The notes: generated by a model from the letters alone, not told the origin. A stretch of DNA of 60,339 bases from Candidatus Moraniibacteriota bacterium (GCA_038208355.1 JBBQYU010000001.1:1-60339); one strand, 5' to 3'; shown: positions 28,240 through 37,816, numbered from the stretch's first letter. A program made the numbers and translations.

Positions 28240-28275
28240 TGATTTGGCATTTGGTATTTGAGCTTTGGCATTTCC
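28240..28275. repeat. repeat copy immediately upstream of the four-helix-bundle gene
   Basis: Reverse complement GGAAATGCCAAAGCTCAAATACCAAATGCCAAATCA, with three AAAT(G/A)CCAAA units. Confidence 0.65.
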
Positions 28276-28353
28276 TTCTTTACAGTATACCAAAAAAACA
28301 GAGTTCGTGCCTCTGGGGCAGAACTCTGTCTTGGGGAATCAAGAGAGTACTCT

Positions 28354-29160
28354 TTACTTCGCCAGGTATTTTTCGATGGTTGTCTTGAAGCCGTCGATGG
28401 GCAGAGCACCGACGATGCGTTCGCCCGTCACATTGCCGTCTTTGTCGATGGTACCGATGATAAAGCTCGGCGTCCCGGATACTCCGGCCTTGCCGCCGTC
28501 AGCGATATCTTTGGTAATTTCTTGCTTAACTGCGGCGGTCGCAGCGCAGGCATTGACCGTGGTCGGGTTGGCACCCACCTTGCGAATCAACTCATCGAGC
28601 TTGCCTGTGGGCAGACCCTTACCATTGGCCTGGGTATTCTGATAGAGCAGCTTGCCAAAGGCAAAGTAGGTGTTGTCTCCTTTTTCCTTGCGCACACATT
28701 CGGCAGTGGCCGCCTCCATAGTGGCGTTTGGATCATGAAACGACAGAGGGAAATCTCGGAAAGAAATAATCGCCTTACCGCTGGTGACATAATCCTTGAC
28801 CAGGGTGTCAAAGGTTTCCTCATGGAACTTCTGGCAGAAAGGGCACTCGTAGTCACTGAACTCGACAATAGCCACCTTGGCCTTGGCTTTGTTGCCCAGA
28901 ATCGGATCATCATCGAGCGAGGTGGTCGCCGCAGCGCTCGGAGCAGCAGTCGGGGCCGGAGTGTCCCCGTTCGCCACCACATCAGTCGGAGCAGTCGGGG
29001 CTGATGCTTTGGGACTACCCGAAAGTATCGCGCCTGCGACAATCAGACTGCCCAACAAAATGGCGCTTGCAATAATCAGCGCTTCTTTGGCGATACTCCC
29101 CTGAGGAGCTCCTGTTTTCGAAGCGTTCAGCGTAGTGTTTTCTGTCGACATATTTTCCAT
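28354..29160 (-). CDS. DsbA-family thiol:disulfide oxidoreductase, membrane-anchored
   Basis: TM anchor, Ala/Pro linker, FSDYECPFCQKF CxxC active site. Confidence 0.85.
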   Translation of the reverse strand: MENMSTENTTLNASKTGAPQGSIAKEALIIASAILLGSLIVAGAILSGSPKASAPTAPTDVVANGDTPAPTAAPSAAATTSLDDDPILGNKAKAKVAIVEFSDYECPFCQKFHEETFDTLVKDYVTSGKAIISFRDFPLSFHDPNATMEAATAECVRKEKGDNTYFAFGKLLYQNTQANGKGLPTGKLDELIRKVGANPTTVNACAATAAVKQEITKDIADGGKAGVSGTPSFIIGTIDKDGNVTGERIVGALPIDGFKTTIEKYLAK

Positions 29161-29208
29161 AAGGCTGTGATAATAATAAAAGAATTACGTTTTTTTAGTA
29201 TACCAAAA

Positions 29209-29670
29209 CTAGGGCACCGGCACCAGAGAGGTGACATCACACTGAATAGTCAGGCCTCCAGCGGCGTTGGTCAGGCCCGACACCGTACCGCCCCGAGCCA
29301 AAAGTGTCAAAACAACACTGACAATCAGCCAGGCTGAAAGCATCACCACTACACCGACGAGAGCGGCCTTGATACCGCCTTTGGCTGTGCTCATCATGCC
29401 CTCATCTCCCGCAGAGACGATGTACCAGATAGCCATGGCCACGAGAATAGCGATAGCGGCAAAGGTCATGAGACCCAGGCCATAGTCGATAACTCTTTTC
29501 CCACCCACAATGAGATGACAGAGCGTACAGGGTGCCTGTTCCTCTGGTGTGCCAACGGTCCGGCCACAGGGTACGATACCATCTGCCGTGGCCGGCAGAG
29601 GGACAAAAAGGGCTACCGAAGAAAACAAGAAGATGCTAAGAAAGAAAAAAGATACGGAGTAACGATTCAT
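29209..29670 (-). CDS. small secreted 2-TM Cys-containing protein, T4SS-pilin (TrbC/VirB2)-like
   Basis: Signal peptide, IVPCGRTVGTPEEQAPCTLCHLIVGG, then two hydrophobic helices. The pattern recalls CPR T4SS_pilin family proteins. Confidence 0.4.
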   Translation of the reverse strand: MNRYSVSFFFLSIFLFSSVALFVPLPATADGIVPCGRTVGTPEEQAPCTLCHLIVGGKRVIDYGLGLMTFAAIAILVAMAIWYIVSAGDEGMMSTAKGGIKAALVGVVVMLSAWLIVSVVLTLLARGGTVSGLTNAAGGLTIQCDVTSLVPVP

Positions 29671-29772
29671 ATATGAGAGTGAGGCTTCAAAAGTTTACTA
29701 ACTCTAGAGTATCACGAAAAGACTGCTTGCCATAGATGGTTTTCATAGAAACATAAACGGGAGCGTGCTCGC

Positions 29773-30471
29773 CTACAATCTGGCGGTCAATCGCTCTGTC
29801 TTGTAGGCGCGGTAGCGTTTGCCAATTACGGCCATGATATCGGCCAGTGGAGACAGAAAATTCCGCCAGGCCAAGAGCTTGACTGCTCCGTAGACCGAAA
29901 GGAGAGTCACCGCCTGGAGGAGATCAGACACCCGGTAGCGGCCGCGGATAAGAAAATAGTGCAGGACCACAAAGATGAAAAGCCCATAGACGAGGCGGTG
30001 GAGATGTTTCCAGCGCGGGACTCCCAGCAATTGCTGTGCCCAACGATTGGAAGTCATGAGTAGTGGCAGTGTCAAAAGATAAGCAACAAAACCAAATAAG
30101 TAGCGCGGTTCAATAGAAAGGATGCGTCCCTGCAAAAAAGGCTCTACGTACAGAGAAAACCACAGGGGATCAAGCAAATACCCTAGACCATGGACGATGG
30201 CGAAATAAGCCATCATGATACCAATCTCACGACGAAAACCCATGAGCTGTAGGAGGAGCGGCATACGCGTCATCCGCGAGAGCGGGCTCAAGAAGAGAAG
30301 TCCGAGCAATAAAAAAAAGGCCAGCTGACCAAAATTTCGATACAACCCAGGGAACAGAATACCGAAAAGACCCAGGTGAGCGATAATCAAAAGAGTCCGT
30401 TTAGCGAAAATCACGTGCTTGGCCAACAGGCTACTCAAAAAATCATGTACCGAGAAGAAGAGAGTAAACAT
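29773..30471 (-). CDS. ferric-reductase-like transmembrane protein (MsrQ/YedZ-like)
   Basis: 6 TM with His pairs in MAYFAIVHGLGY and HRLVYGLFIFVVLHYF (possible heme ligands). Confidence 0.5.
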   Translation of the reverse strand: MFTLFFSVHDFLSSLLAKHVIFAKRTLLIIAHLGLFGILFPGLYRNFGQLAFFLLLGLLFLSPLSRMTRMPLLLQLMGFRREIGIMMAYFAIVHGLGYLLDPLWFSLYVEPFLQGRILSIEPRYLFGFVAYLLTLPLLMTSNRWAQQLLGVPRWKHLHRLVYGLFIFVVLHYFLIRGRYRVSDLLQAVTLLSVYGAVKLLAWRNFLSPLADIMAVIGKRYRAYKTERLTARL

Positions 30472-30490
30472 GCCTGCAAATATATTTATT

Positions 30491-30646
30491 TTATAATGAT
30501 ACCGCTCTTTCAGGCGCGGCAGGCAGGTTGTACTCCGGCGGTGGTGGCGATGCCGGATGCTTCAACCGATAAAAATACAGCCCCAAAAGTGTCAGGATGA
30601 TAACCTGGATGATGCCCAACACGATAACGGTAGAAGTCCGGTGCAT
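30491..30646 (-). CDS. possible 51-aa single-TM, Pro-rich peptide
   Basis: Own translation: MHRTSTVIVLGIIQVIILTLLGLYFYRLKHPASPPPPEYNLPAAPERAVSL. Ends 20 nt before the MsrQ-like start. Below the ORF-track size cutoff. Confidence 0.25.
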   Translation of the reverse strand: MHRTSTVIVLGIIQVIILTLLGLYFYRLKHPASPPPPEYNLPAAPERAVSL

Positions 30647-30764
30647 ATTCTTTGACCACGCGAGTACTTTTCCATAGTAGTCTAAAAAAACGACAAAGGC
30701 AACGCAGATACTTCGAAAAAAGAAGAAAAATATGCTATGCTAAAGGCAATCACCAAATAAAAAC

Positions 30765-32069
30765 ATGAACGAACCGATTATTGTCGTCGACAAACTGCGC
30801 GTCATCTACAACCAGGGGAAATCCAATGAAATGCGCGCGCTGGAGGAGACGAATCTTTCTATCTACCCCCAAGAATACGTCATCATCTTCGGTCCTTCCG
30901 GTTGCGGAAAATCGACGCTGTTGTATTCTATCTCCGGCCTCCAGTCTCCCACCTATGGAGATGTATCTATTCAGGGTACCTCCATCGCCAAAATGAACCA
31001 AAAGGAAGAGCTCGAGCTCCATCAGACCAAAATAGGTATGATTTTTCAGGCCTTTTACCTGATTTCCTCACTCGATATCCTCGATAACGTCTGTTTACCC
31101 AAGGTCTTCCGCGGCGAAGCTCCCCGCGAACGTGAACAAGTTGGTATAGGGCTCTTGCGCCGTTTCGGTATCGCCGAGCAGGCCGACAAGTTCCCTAGTC
31201 AACTCTCCGGCGGACAGAAACAACGCGTGGCCATCGCCCGTTCATTGGTCAATAACCCCGAAATCATCATGGCCGATGAACCGGTGGGAAACCTCGATAG
31301 TGAGAGTGCTGAAAACGTGCTAAAAATTCTGAAAGAGCTGAACGAGATTGATAAAAAGACCATCATCATGGTCACTCACAACCCCGAGCACCTGATCTAT
31401 GCCGACCGGATTATCTACATGAAGGATGGCCGCATCATCAAGGAAGAAGTGATCAAAGAAAAGCGTCCGGACGAAGCCAAGAAGAAGGCGGTGATAGAGG
31501 AAACCCCCGAATCCAACGAGCTCAAAACCCTGATGGCCTCCTTCAAGAGCCTGCTGCCTCAGCAGATTGACGTGCTTTTGGTGCCATTCAAAGCCAAACA
31601 ACTCTTAAGCCATCTCCTGTCCGAACTGAGCGAAGAGCAGGTCAATATGGCTGAAGCCTTCATGAAAGAACTGCTCTTTAGAAATATCGACGCCGAGACC
31701 TTCAGAAGCCACCTCGACCTCGACCTCGACGAAGGCGGGGCCGGGTGGAACAAGATGCGCGCCGATTCCTTCGCCCTGCGCACCCAAGAAATCGTCAACC
31801 AGGCGCAACAGATAAAAACCTCTCCGGAACAGGGCCCCACCACGCTGATGAATTACCTCATCAAATTCTTCCACCTCACCCTAAGCGAAGAGCAGAAGCT
31901 CCGTCTACAGGCCATTCTGAAACTCCGTCTCGAAAGCAAAATCGGCCAAATCGAAATCCAGAAACGCCTGGATGCCCGCGTGTCGTCCGGCGGAGTCGGC
32001 CTCCACAAAAACACGGCCGAAAAAATCGTGCGCGAGATAGAAATTATTATGCTCCTCAAATACAGCTAA
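30765..32069 (+). CDS. ABC transporter ATPase (MacB/LolD-type) with about 200-aa helical C-terminal extension
   Basis: [33 protein letters not shown]. The ABC core ends at about aa 225 of 434. Confidence 0.85.
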   Translation: MNEPIIVVDKLRVIYNQGKSNEMRALEETNLSIYPQEYVIIFGPSGCGKSTLLYSISGLQSPTYGDVSIQGTSIAKMNQKEELELHQTKIGMIFQAFYLISSLDILDNVCLPKVFRGEAPREREQVGIGLLRRFGIAEQADKFPSQLSGGQKQRVAIARSLVNNPEIIMADEPVGNLDSESAENVLKILKELNEIDKKTIIMVTHNPEHLIYADRIIYMKDGRIIKEEVIKEKRPDEAKKKAVIEETPESNELKTLMASFKSLLPQQIDVLLVPFKAKQLLSHLLSELSEEQVNMAEAFMKELLFRNIDAETFRSHLDLDLDEGGAGWNKMRADSFALRTQEIVNQAQQIKTSPEQGPTTLMNYLIKFFHLTLSEEQKLRLQAILKLRLESKIGQIEIQKRLDARVSSGGVGLHKNTAEKIVREIEIIMLLKYS

Positions 32070-32088
32070 AAGCTAACGAAGCTCTATT

Positions 32089-33285
32089 ATGCGATTTTTC
32101 GACCTCCTCAAACTGTCCATGCGTATGTTCAAGGCTCGCACCATGCGAACGCTTTTGACTATCCTCGGTATGAGTGTCGGTATCGCGGCTATTATCTTTT
32201 TGGTGTCCCTCGGTTATGGGCTCCAGCGCACGCTCTTGCAAAAAATCACCACTTCGGATGCTCTGGTCACTCTCGACGTTACGGGTGGCAAAGAAGGCGG
32301 GCCCACTGTCCTGGATGAGACCACCATCAATCTCATGAAAGAAATCCCTAACGTCTCAGCCGTTATCCCCGTGCTGGAGCTTTCCGGCCAAGGAAAATTC
32401 GGCGACATCACCCTCGATATCAACACCGTCAGCTCCCAAGCCTCACTCCTCAAATCAGAGGGCCTAAAAGTGATAACTGGGCGCCTCTTTACCACCGAAG
32501 AAACCCATAACATCGTGATTACCAAGGCCGTAGCACAGGTTTTCAATACCACGGCCGATGACATGATTGGCCAGACAGCCACTCTCACCCTGTTCCAGAA
32601 TGACGCCTCCGGTCAAGTCAGCCGCAAAGACTCCTTTGCTCCCAAAGACACCTACACGATTGTCGGGGTCGTCGACGGCGAAGAAAACCTCGTCTACCTC
32701 TCACTGGATTCTCTAACCGGCTTTCCATTGACCAGTTACACAAAACTCAAAGTACGCTGCGCCTCGACCCAGGTGCTCGATCAGGTGCGCCAAGAAGTGG
32801 AGAGCCGCAACTATATCGCCTCTTCTATCTCGGAAACGATTGACCAGGCCAACAAGGTCTTCAGCGCCATCCAAATCGTGCTCATGGTCTTCGGTATGAT
32901 CGCCCTCATCGTTTCGGCTATCGGTATGTTCAACACCATGACCATCGCTCTCTTGGAGCGGACTGAGGAGATCGGCATCATGAAGGCTATCGGAGCCTCA
33001 CGCAACAGCATCTCCATCATGTTTGTCATGGAGTCTACTCTCATGGGGTTCCTCGGGGCCTTGGGTGGCGTGGTACTCGGTATCATCGAAGGCCAGGTGC
33101 TCAATTTTTTCGTCAATGCTATCGCCACCCGCTTCGGCGGAGAATCAGTCAGTCTCTTTTACAGTCCGTTGTGGTTCATTATGACCGTCATCGGCTTCGG
33201 GGCCTTCGTGGGTTTCATGACCGGCGTCTTCCCAGCCCGTTCTGCCTCGCGCATCGATACTTTGGAAGCTCTGCGCTACAAATAA
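32089..33285 (+). CDS. ABC transporter permease, FtsX/MacB-type
   Basis: TM1, large periplasmic-type loop, then three TM with RTEEIGIMKAIGA. Confidence 0.85.
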   Translation: MRFFDLLKLSMRMFKARTMRTLLTILGMSVGIAAIIFLVSLGYGLQRTLLQKITTSDALVTLDVTGGKEGGPTVLDETTINLMKEIPNVSAVIPVLELSGQGKFGDITLDINTVSSQASLLKSEGLKVITGRLFTTEETHNIVITKAVAQVFNTTADDMIGQTATLTLFQNDASGQVSRKDSFAPKDTYTIVGVVDGEENLVYLSLDSLTGFPLTSYTKLKVRCASTQVLDQVRQEVESRNYIASSISETIDQANKVFSAIQIVLMVFGMIALIVSAIGMFNTMTIALLERTEEIGIMKAIGASRNSISIMFVMESTLMGFLGALGGVVLGIIEGQVLNFFVNAIATRFGGESVSLFYSPLWFIMTVIGFGAFVGFMTGVFPARSASRIDTLEALRYK

Positions 33286-33300
33286 AAAACACCTCCCATC

Positions 33301-33325
33301 AAAACACAGGCTTGGTGTTTTTTAT
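33301..33325 (+). terminator. weak AT-rich terminator after the ABC pair
   Basis: AAAACAC-AGGCTTGG-GTGTTTT followed by TTATT. Confidence 0.45.
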
Positions 33326-33339
33326 TATGTCTTTTACTT

Positions 33340-35109
33340 TCAGTACGTCGAGCGGAGCGCGTTGATAATCACGACGGCATCAATCACCTCCTGGAGTATA
33401 GCTCCTTGTAAAGGCGGTATGAAGCCGAAGAAGCCGAAGACCATGCCCAAAGAAGAAAGTCCGATACCAATGACGATACTCTGCTTGGCCACATGATACG
33501 AGCGGCGGCCGATATGCACCGCGTCACGAATACGCCACACATCACGTCCCAAAATAGCCACATCCGCTGCCTCCAGTGAGGCGCTGTTTTCGGTACCAGA
33601 AAACACAATCCCCACATCGGCTAAGGCCAGGGCCGGAGCGTCGTTCATGCCGTCACCCACCATCCCCACCAGCTCACCTTCCTGCTGATAGCGCTTGACC
33701 AAAGAAACCTTCTTCTCCGGAGAACACTGCGCATAGACCGGCAAACGAAATCCACCAAACAGTCTATCGGCATTTTCTTTTTTATCCCCAGTGAGGATGC
33801 CCAGGCGATATCCGCGCTCCCGCAAATATCCAAAGACCTGAGGCACATCCGTTTTCAATTCATCATCAAAAAAGAACCGGGCAATAGGCTTCTCTTCGTG
33901 GAGCAAATCCACCACCATTCCAGCCGCCACAATATTACTCGTTTTCACCACGCTGAAACGGCTACCATCGATAGTCCCAAATATCCCCTCTCCAATCCGC
34001 TCTTCGACGTTTTCTGCCTGAGGAAGATGGTCATGAGAAAGGGCCTGCTCTTTTACCAACGAACGAGCAAGAGGATGAAACGAGTGCCACTCCAACGCAG
34101 CCGCCAGATTAAGGGCCTGCTCCTCGTCCAGCCCCGAGTCAAGCAGCTGGATTTTCTTGAGGCGTGGCTCGCCCAAGGTGAGTGTCCCCGTCTTATCAAA
34201 AAACAAGACCTTGGTTTTCGCCAAAAGCTCCAGGACATACGGACTTTTGATGATGATGTTCTTCCGTGCCGCTTTGTTCAGCCCCCCGATAAAACTCATA
34301 GGAGCGGCGATCAACAGCGGGCACGGTGTAGCAATAACCAGTACGGCCAAAAATCGTTCCCAGCCACCGAACAAGAAATGAGCGGCCAAAGCAAGCGCCA
34401 AAGCAAACAACGAAAACCAGATATTGTAACGCTCGGCCAAACGAGACAAAGGCGAGGGATGGCGTTTCCCTTGCTCGACCAAAGAAAGAATCTGGCGATA
34501 ACTGGAATGTTCAAAATCTCCCCGAACACGCATCTGGAGCATTTCCCCCACGTTGACACTCCCGCTCTTCAACAGACGCGTCTCCTCATACACTACCGGT
34601 TCCATTTCGCCCGTCAGCGTCGCTTCATTAAGCAGGGCCTTTTGGGAAAGCAGATAGCCATCGAACGCCACCATCTCATTGGGCCGCACTTCCAAAACAT
34701 CATCATTCTTAACAGCCTGCAAGGCCACACTCTCGCGCTCCGTTCCGTGCACTACCATCACCTCTTTCGGCAAAGCTTCAAACAATCCGCGCAGGGTCTT
34801 TTCTGCCCGGTGAGTGCCGTAGACTTCGAGAGCAGCGCTGATAGCGACCATCAGTGCGATAACTGCTCCCGAAAGCCACTCGTGAAGCAAAAAGGCGGTC
34901 ACCAAAGTAAGCAAGGCTAGATAATCCAGATTCCATTTCTTCATCCGCAAACGGCCCCATGATTCGAACAAAAGCTCACCCAAACCAATCATGATGGCCA
35001 CGGCATACAGCAGCGGCCACGAGAGAAAAAGCGCCACCAAAATAACCACCAGGATAAGAATGGGGAGATGAAACTCTCGACTTTTCACGACAGTATAAAA
35101 CTGAATCAT
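33340..35109 (-). CDS. P1B-type ATPase with TPCP transmembrane motif (P1B-5-like), no N-terminal metal-binding domain
   Basis: [33 protein letters not shown]. Start at ATG 35109 (MIQFY..). The ORF is open to 35196 but that stretch overlaps the upstream protease. Confidence 0.8.
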   Translation of the reverse strand: MIQFYTVVKSREFHLPILILVVILVALFLSWPLLYAVAIMIGLGELLFESWGRLRMKKWNLDYLALLTLVTAFLLHEWLSGAVIALMVAISAALEVYGTHRAEKTLRGLFEALPKEVMVVHGTERESVALQAVKNDDVLEVRPNEMVAFDGYLLSQKALLNEATLTGEMEPVVYEETRLLKSGSVNVGEMLQMRVRGDFEHSSYRQILSLVEQGKRHPSPLSRLAERYNIWFSLFALALALAAHFLFGGWERFLAVLVIATPCPLLIAAPMSFIGGLNKAARKNIIIKSPYVLELLAKTKVLFFDKTGTLTLGEPRLKKIQLLDSGLDEEQALNLAAALEWHSFHPLARSLVKEQALSHDHLPQAENVEERIGEGIFGTIDGSRFSVVKTSNIVAAGMVVDLLHEEKPIARFFFDDELKTDVPQVFGYLRERGYRLGILTGDKKENADRLFGGFRLPVYAQCSPEKKVSLVKRYQQEGELVGMVGDGMNDAPALALADVGIVFSGTENSASLEAADVAILGRDVWRIRDAVHIGRRSYHVAKQSIVIGIGLSSLGMVFGFFGFIPPLQGAILQEVIDAVVIINALRSTY

Positions 35110-35122
35110 TTTTTTTGTTTTG

Positions 35123-36568
35123 CTACACTCTCTTTTTCGGGCCGGTTTTCGGGCCAGATGAACTCGGTGGACGAAACAGCGCCCGCTCATCCGCATGCAA
35201 ACGGTCCTCTAAAAATTCGATTTCTTTTTCCTCTCGACGCACCACTCGGAGAAGCCAGAAAATCGCAGCCCCAAAAATTCCAAACAACATCAAACTCCCG
35301 CCAACTATATACAAAAGTGGATTCCCCAAAGTATTCACCCCGCCCCGAAATTCATCCCAGTACGTATCAAGCGACTCACCACCCAATTTCATCGCCTCGC
35401 AGCGTCTGATGTAGGGGTCCACATACTGTCCGGGCAGAAAATTCTGATTGGCCTGCTTAGCCTCCTCAAAGGAAACAACCGCCTTATCACAGTGCTTTTC
35501 CAACAAAGCGGCAAACCCCTGTTTGAAAGACATACCATAGACTCCTTCCATTGGGAGGATTCGGACGTCCGCCGCCTGGGCTAGCACCAAATCGATTGGC
35601 AAAGCAAAGGCGAAATTATCACCAGCTGACCGTGACAATTCATCTGTCTGGAAGGTAATAATCCCCACCACTTCGCCGCGCTCATTAAAGAGCGGGCCCC
35701 CGCTCGAACCTTGAGACACCTTGGCATCGGTCTGAAACATCCTAAAACTCTTGTCCGTAGACTCTTTGATAGCACTCACCACGCCCTGAGTAAACGTAGC
35801 CTCGGATGGATTATTCCCATTCACTTCCGCCGTGGCTGGAAAACCAAAAATAAAGGCTTTCTTTCCCACTAAAAGCTCGCGGGAGTTGCCCAGACGCAGG
35901 GCCGGCAAACCACGCTCACCAATTCTGATCAAAGCCACGTCTCGCTCGTCATCGATGAACCGGTCATTTAGGGCAATCACTTCGGCAGGAAATCCCTCCG
36001 CTATCAAGTCCTGAATTTTTGTTTTTTGGGAAGCTGGTCGCAGCACCGCTATCTGATGCTCCAGATCAAATTCACTGTGATCAATGACATACTGCACGAC
36101 CTGTCGGCCAAAACGCTCACCGCTCTCATCACTCAAGAACGTCTGCATTTCCGCGTCACTCAGATATAGAGCGTTCTCGAAGACCGCCGAAAGAGCACTC
36201 TCTGACGCCAAACTTATCTTGATAGTCTCGAGCGATATGACATGGGAATTGGTCGCAATATAGCCATCAGGATGAATGACAAAACCACTACCCGAAAGGT
36301 ATTCGTCCACCGGTACCTCAGTAAACTTGTCCGGAATCACCGCCACCAAACGCTGACGAATATCCACCTTGATAGCCGGAATCTTGGCCGTCCCGGTGAC
36401 GTGTTCCGCGATACGCACCACCGAAGGCTTCACCAAATCAGCCAACGCCTCTTCCGAGAGAGAGCTCTCTTGAGCCGCCGCCCGCTCCCAAGGAAAAAGA
36501 ACAGAGGCAGAAAAAAGCACTCCGAGTAAAAAGAAATATAACGATGTCGTGTTATTTTTTTTCAGCAT
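35123..36568 (-). CDS. trypsin-like (S1C) serine protease with C-terminal TM anchor
   Basis: GSGFVIHPDGYIATNSHV (His), DVALIRI (Asp), SQGSSGGPLF (Ser). Signal peptide and a late TM (LLYIVGGSLMLFGIFGAAIFWLL). Confidence 0.8.
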   Translation of the reverse strand: MLKKNNTTSLYFFLLGVLFSASVLFPWERAAAQESSLSEEALADLVKPSVVRIAEHVTGTAKIPAIKVDIRQRLVAVIPDKFTEVPVDEYLSGSGFVIHPDGYIATNSHVISLETIKISLASESALSAVFENALYLSDAEMQTFLSDESGERFGRQVVQYVIDHSEFDLEHQIAVLRPASQKTKIQDLIAEGFPAEVIALNDRFIDDERDVALIRIGERGLPALRLGNSRELLVGKKAFIFGFPATAEVNGNNPSEATFTQGVVSAIKESTDKSFRMFQTDAKVSQGSSGGPLFNERGEVVGIITFQTDELSRSAGDNFAFALPIDLVLAQAADVRILPMEGVYGMSFKQGFAALLEKHCDKAVVSFEEAKQANQNFLPGQYVDPYIRRCEAMKLGGESLDTYWDEFRGGVNTLGNPLLYIVGGSLMLFGIFGAAIFWLLRVVRREEKEIEFLEDRLHADERALFRPPSSSGPKTGPKKRV

Positions 36569-36610
36569 AAAAACAGCTCAATCTTCTTTCATTGTACCAC
36601 GCTTTATCAC

Positions 36611-36635
36611 AAAAAAACCGCCCGCAGGCGGTTTT
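36611..36635 (-). terminator. rho-independent terminator after the PPIase gene
   Basis: Minus strand: AAAACCGCC-TGCG-GGCGGTTTTTTT. Confidence 0.8.
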
Positions 36636-36646
36636 CCATTTCCAAT

Positions 36647-37354
36647 CTACTTCTCGGTGATTGTCATAGACGAGACCACCACAGGAGTAACCGGCGATGA
36701 GCCCTCACCTCCCGGCTTGGTCGGTGCGGTAGCAATCTGGTCCACCACTTCCATACCGGAAGTAACTCGGCCGAAGATAACATAACTCGGTGGGAGCGGA
36801 GTATCTTTGTGCATGATAAAGAATTGGCTACCATTGGTGTTGGAGCCGGCGTTGGCCATGGCCACCGTACCACGCGTGTATTCGCCCTCAAACTTCTCAT
36901 CGTTGAACTGGTACCCAGGGCCACCCATGCCCGTACCGTCGGGGTCGCCACCCTGGATCATGAAACCGGGAATCGTGCGATGGAAAATAGTCCCATCATA
37001 AAACTTATCGCGGGCCAAAAAAACAAAGTTGTTAACGGTGATTGGCGTGGCCTTGGCAGCAAGTGCCACCACGATATCTCCGAGACCAGTCTTGATGGTC
37101 GCTGTATATTCCTTACTCAGGTCAAGCGACATAACGGGTGCGTATTGGTACATTTTTTTCTTGGTTACTGGTTGAGGGGCGGGGGTAGGCGGCGGAGTAG
37201 GCGATGCTTCTTTGACCGAAGACTTGGTGTCTGGATAAAAATTCAAATCACTCTTGATAGCAGGATCGCTCTTAACTTCTGGAGTGGTGCAGCCTGCCAG
37301 AGTGAACGTACCCAGCATAACCCCAACAAAGAAAAGATATTGTTTCAATTTCAT
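36647..37354 (-). CDS. cyclophilin-type peptidyl-prolyl isomerase lipoprotein
   Basis: Lipobox FTLAGC after ATG 37354. FHRTIPGFMIQGGDP, MANAGSNTNGSQFFI. Confidence 0.88.
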   Translation of the reverse strand: MKLKQYLFFVGVMLGTFTLAGCTTPEVKSDPAIKSDLNFYPDTKSSVKEASPTPPPTPAPQPVTKKKMYQYAPVMSLDLSKEYTATIKTGLGDIVVALAAKATPITVNNFVFLARDKFYDGTIFHRTIPGFMIQGGDPDGTGMGGPGYQFNDEKFEGEYTRGTVAMANAGSNTNGSQFFIMHKDTPLPPSYVIFGRVTSGMEVVDQIATAPTKPGGEGSSPVTPVVVSSMTITEK

Positions 37355-37444
37355 ATATTTTTTCTGATAACCACATTCATCAGTATACCTCAAAGCGTAC
37401 CGCTTTTCAAAACTCACTCCAGGGGCTTGACTTTTCCCTTTTTT

Positions 37445-37513
37445 TGCGCTATAATGAATATGTTAAGAAATGAAAAACGGGTGAAGACGTCCACGTCTGC
37501 AGCCCGTTTTTTC
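37445..37513 (+). promoter_or_regulatory. promoter-like -10 plus leader hairpin with U-tract
   Basis: GCGCTATAATG (TATAAT 37450-55), then AAAACGGG..(AGACGT/ACGTCT)..CCCGTTTT (37474-37510) followed by TTC. Confidence 0.45.
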
Positions 37514-37574
37514 TTTCTTAACCGCCTCTTTTTAATATAGCCTGGCGAAGAGGACAGGCAAAAACAGTAACAAA

Positions 37575-37739
37575 ATGAGTATGGAAATGCCCATGGAGAC
37601 CACTGAGTCTCAAGACTGTCCTACCTGCCAGGTAGCCGCAGTAGAAGCCAGCAAGAATGAAGAAGTAGCGATGGCCTTTCTCCTCGCACTCCTTCCGGTG
37701 ATTACCCTCACCTTCTTCGGCCAGGTCGGTCTCTTGTAA
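37575..37739 (+). CDS. possible 54-aa CxxC tail-anchored peptide
   Basis: Own translation: MSMEMPMETTESQDCPTCQVAAVEASKNEEVAMAFLLALLPVITLTFFGQVGLL. Bracketed by the 37445-37513 module and the terminator at 37761-37792. Confidence 0.3.
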   Translation: MSMEMPMETTESQDCPTCQVAAVEASKNEEVAMAFLLALLPVITLTFFGQVGLL

Positions 37740-37760
37740 AAAGAACCTATCGAGCCACAT

Positions 37761-37792
37761 AAAAAATCGAGCCCTCAAAAGCTCGATTTTTT
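37761..37792. terminator. bidirectional terminator
   Basis: AAAAAATCGAGC-CCTCAAAA-GCTCGATTTTTT. Confidence 0.75.
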
Positions 37793-37816
37793 ATTGGGCA
37801 ATTTTTTCTCATGGCT

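Noticed and set aside
28258-29004. 248-aa plus-strand ORF antisense to the DsbA gene
   Set aside because: Gly/Arg-rich antisense shadow. DsbA on the minus strand has a clear CPFC active site.
33898-34920. 340-aa plus-strand ORF antisense to the TPCP ATPase
   Set aside because: Antisense shadow with no motifs. The ATPase frame carries DKTGT and GDGxNDxP.
36809-37540. 243-aa plus-strand ORF antisense to the cyclophilin gene
   Set aside because: Antisense shadow that extends through intergenic hairpins.
37518-37778. 86-aa minus-strand ORF
   Set aside because: Spans a terminator hairpin and has odd composition. The opposite-strand 54-aa ORF, with promoter and terminator, is the better though still weak candidate.
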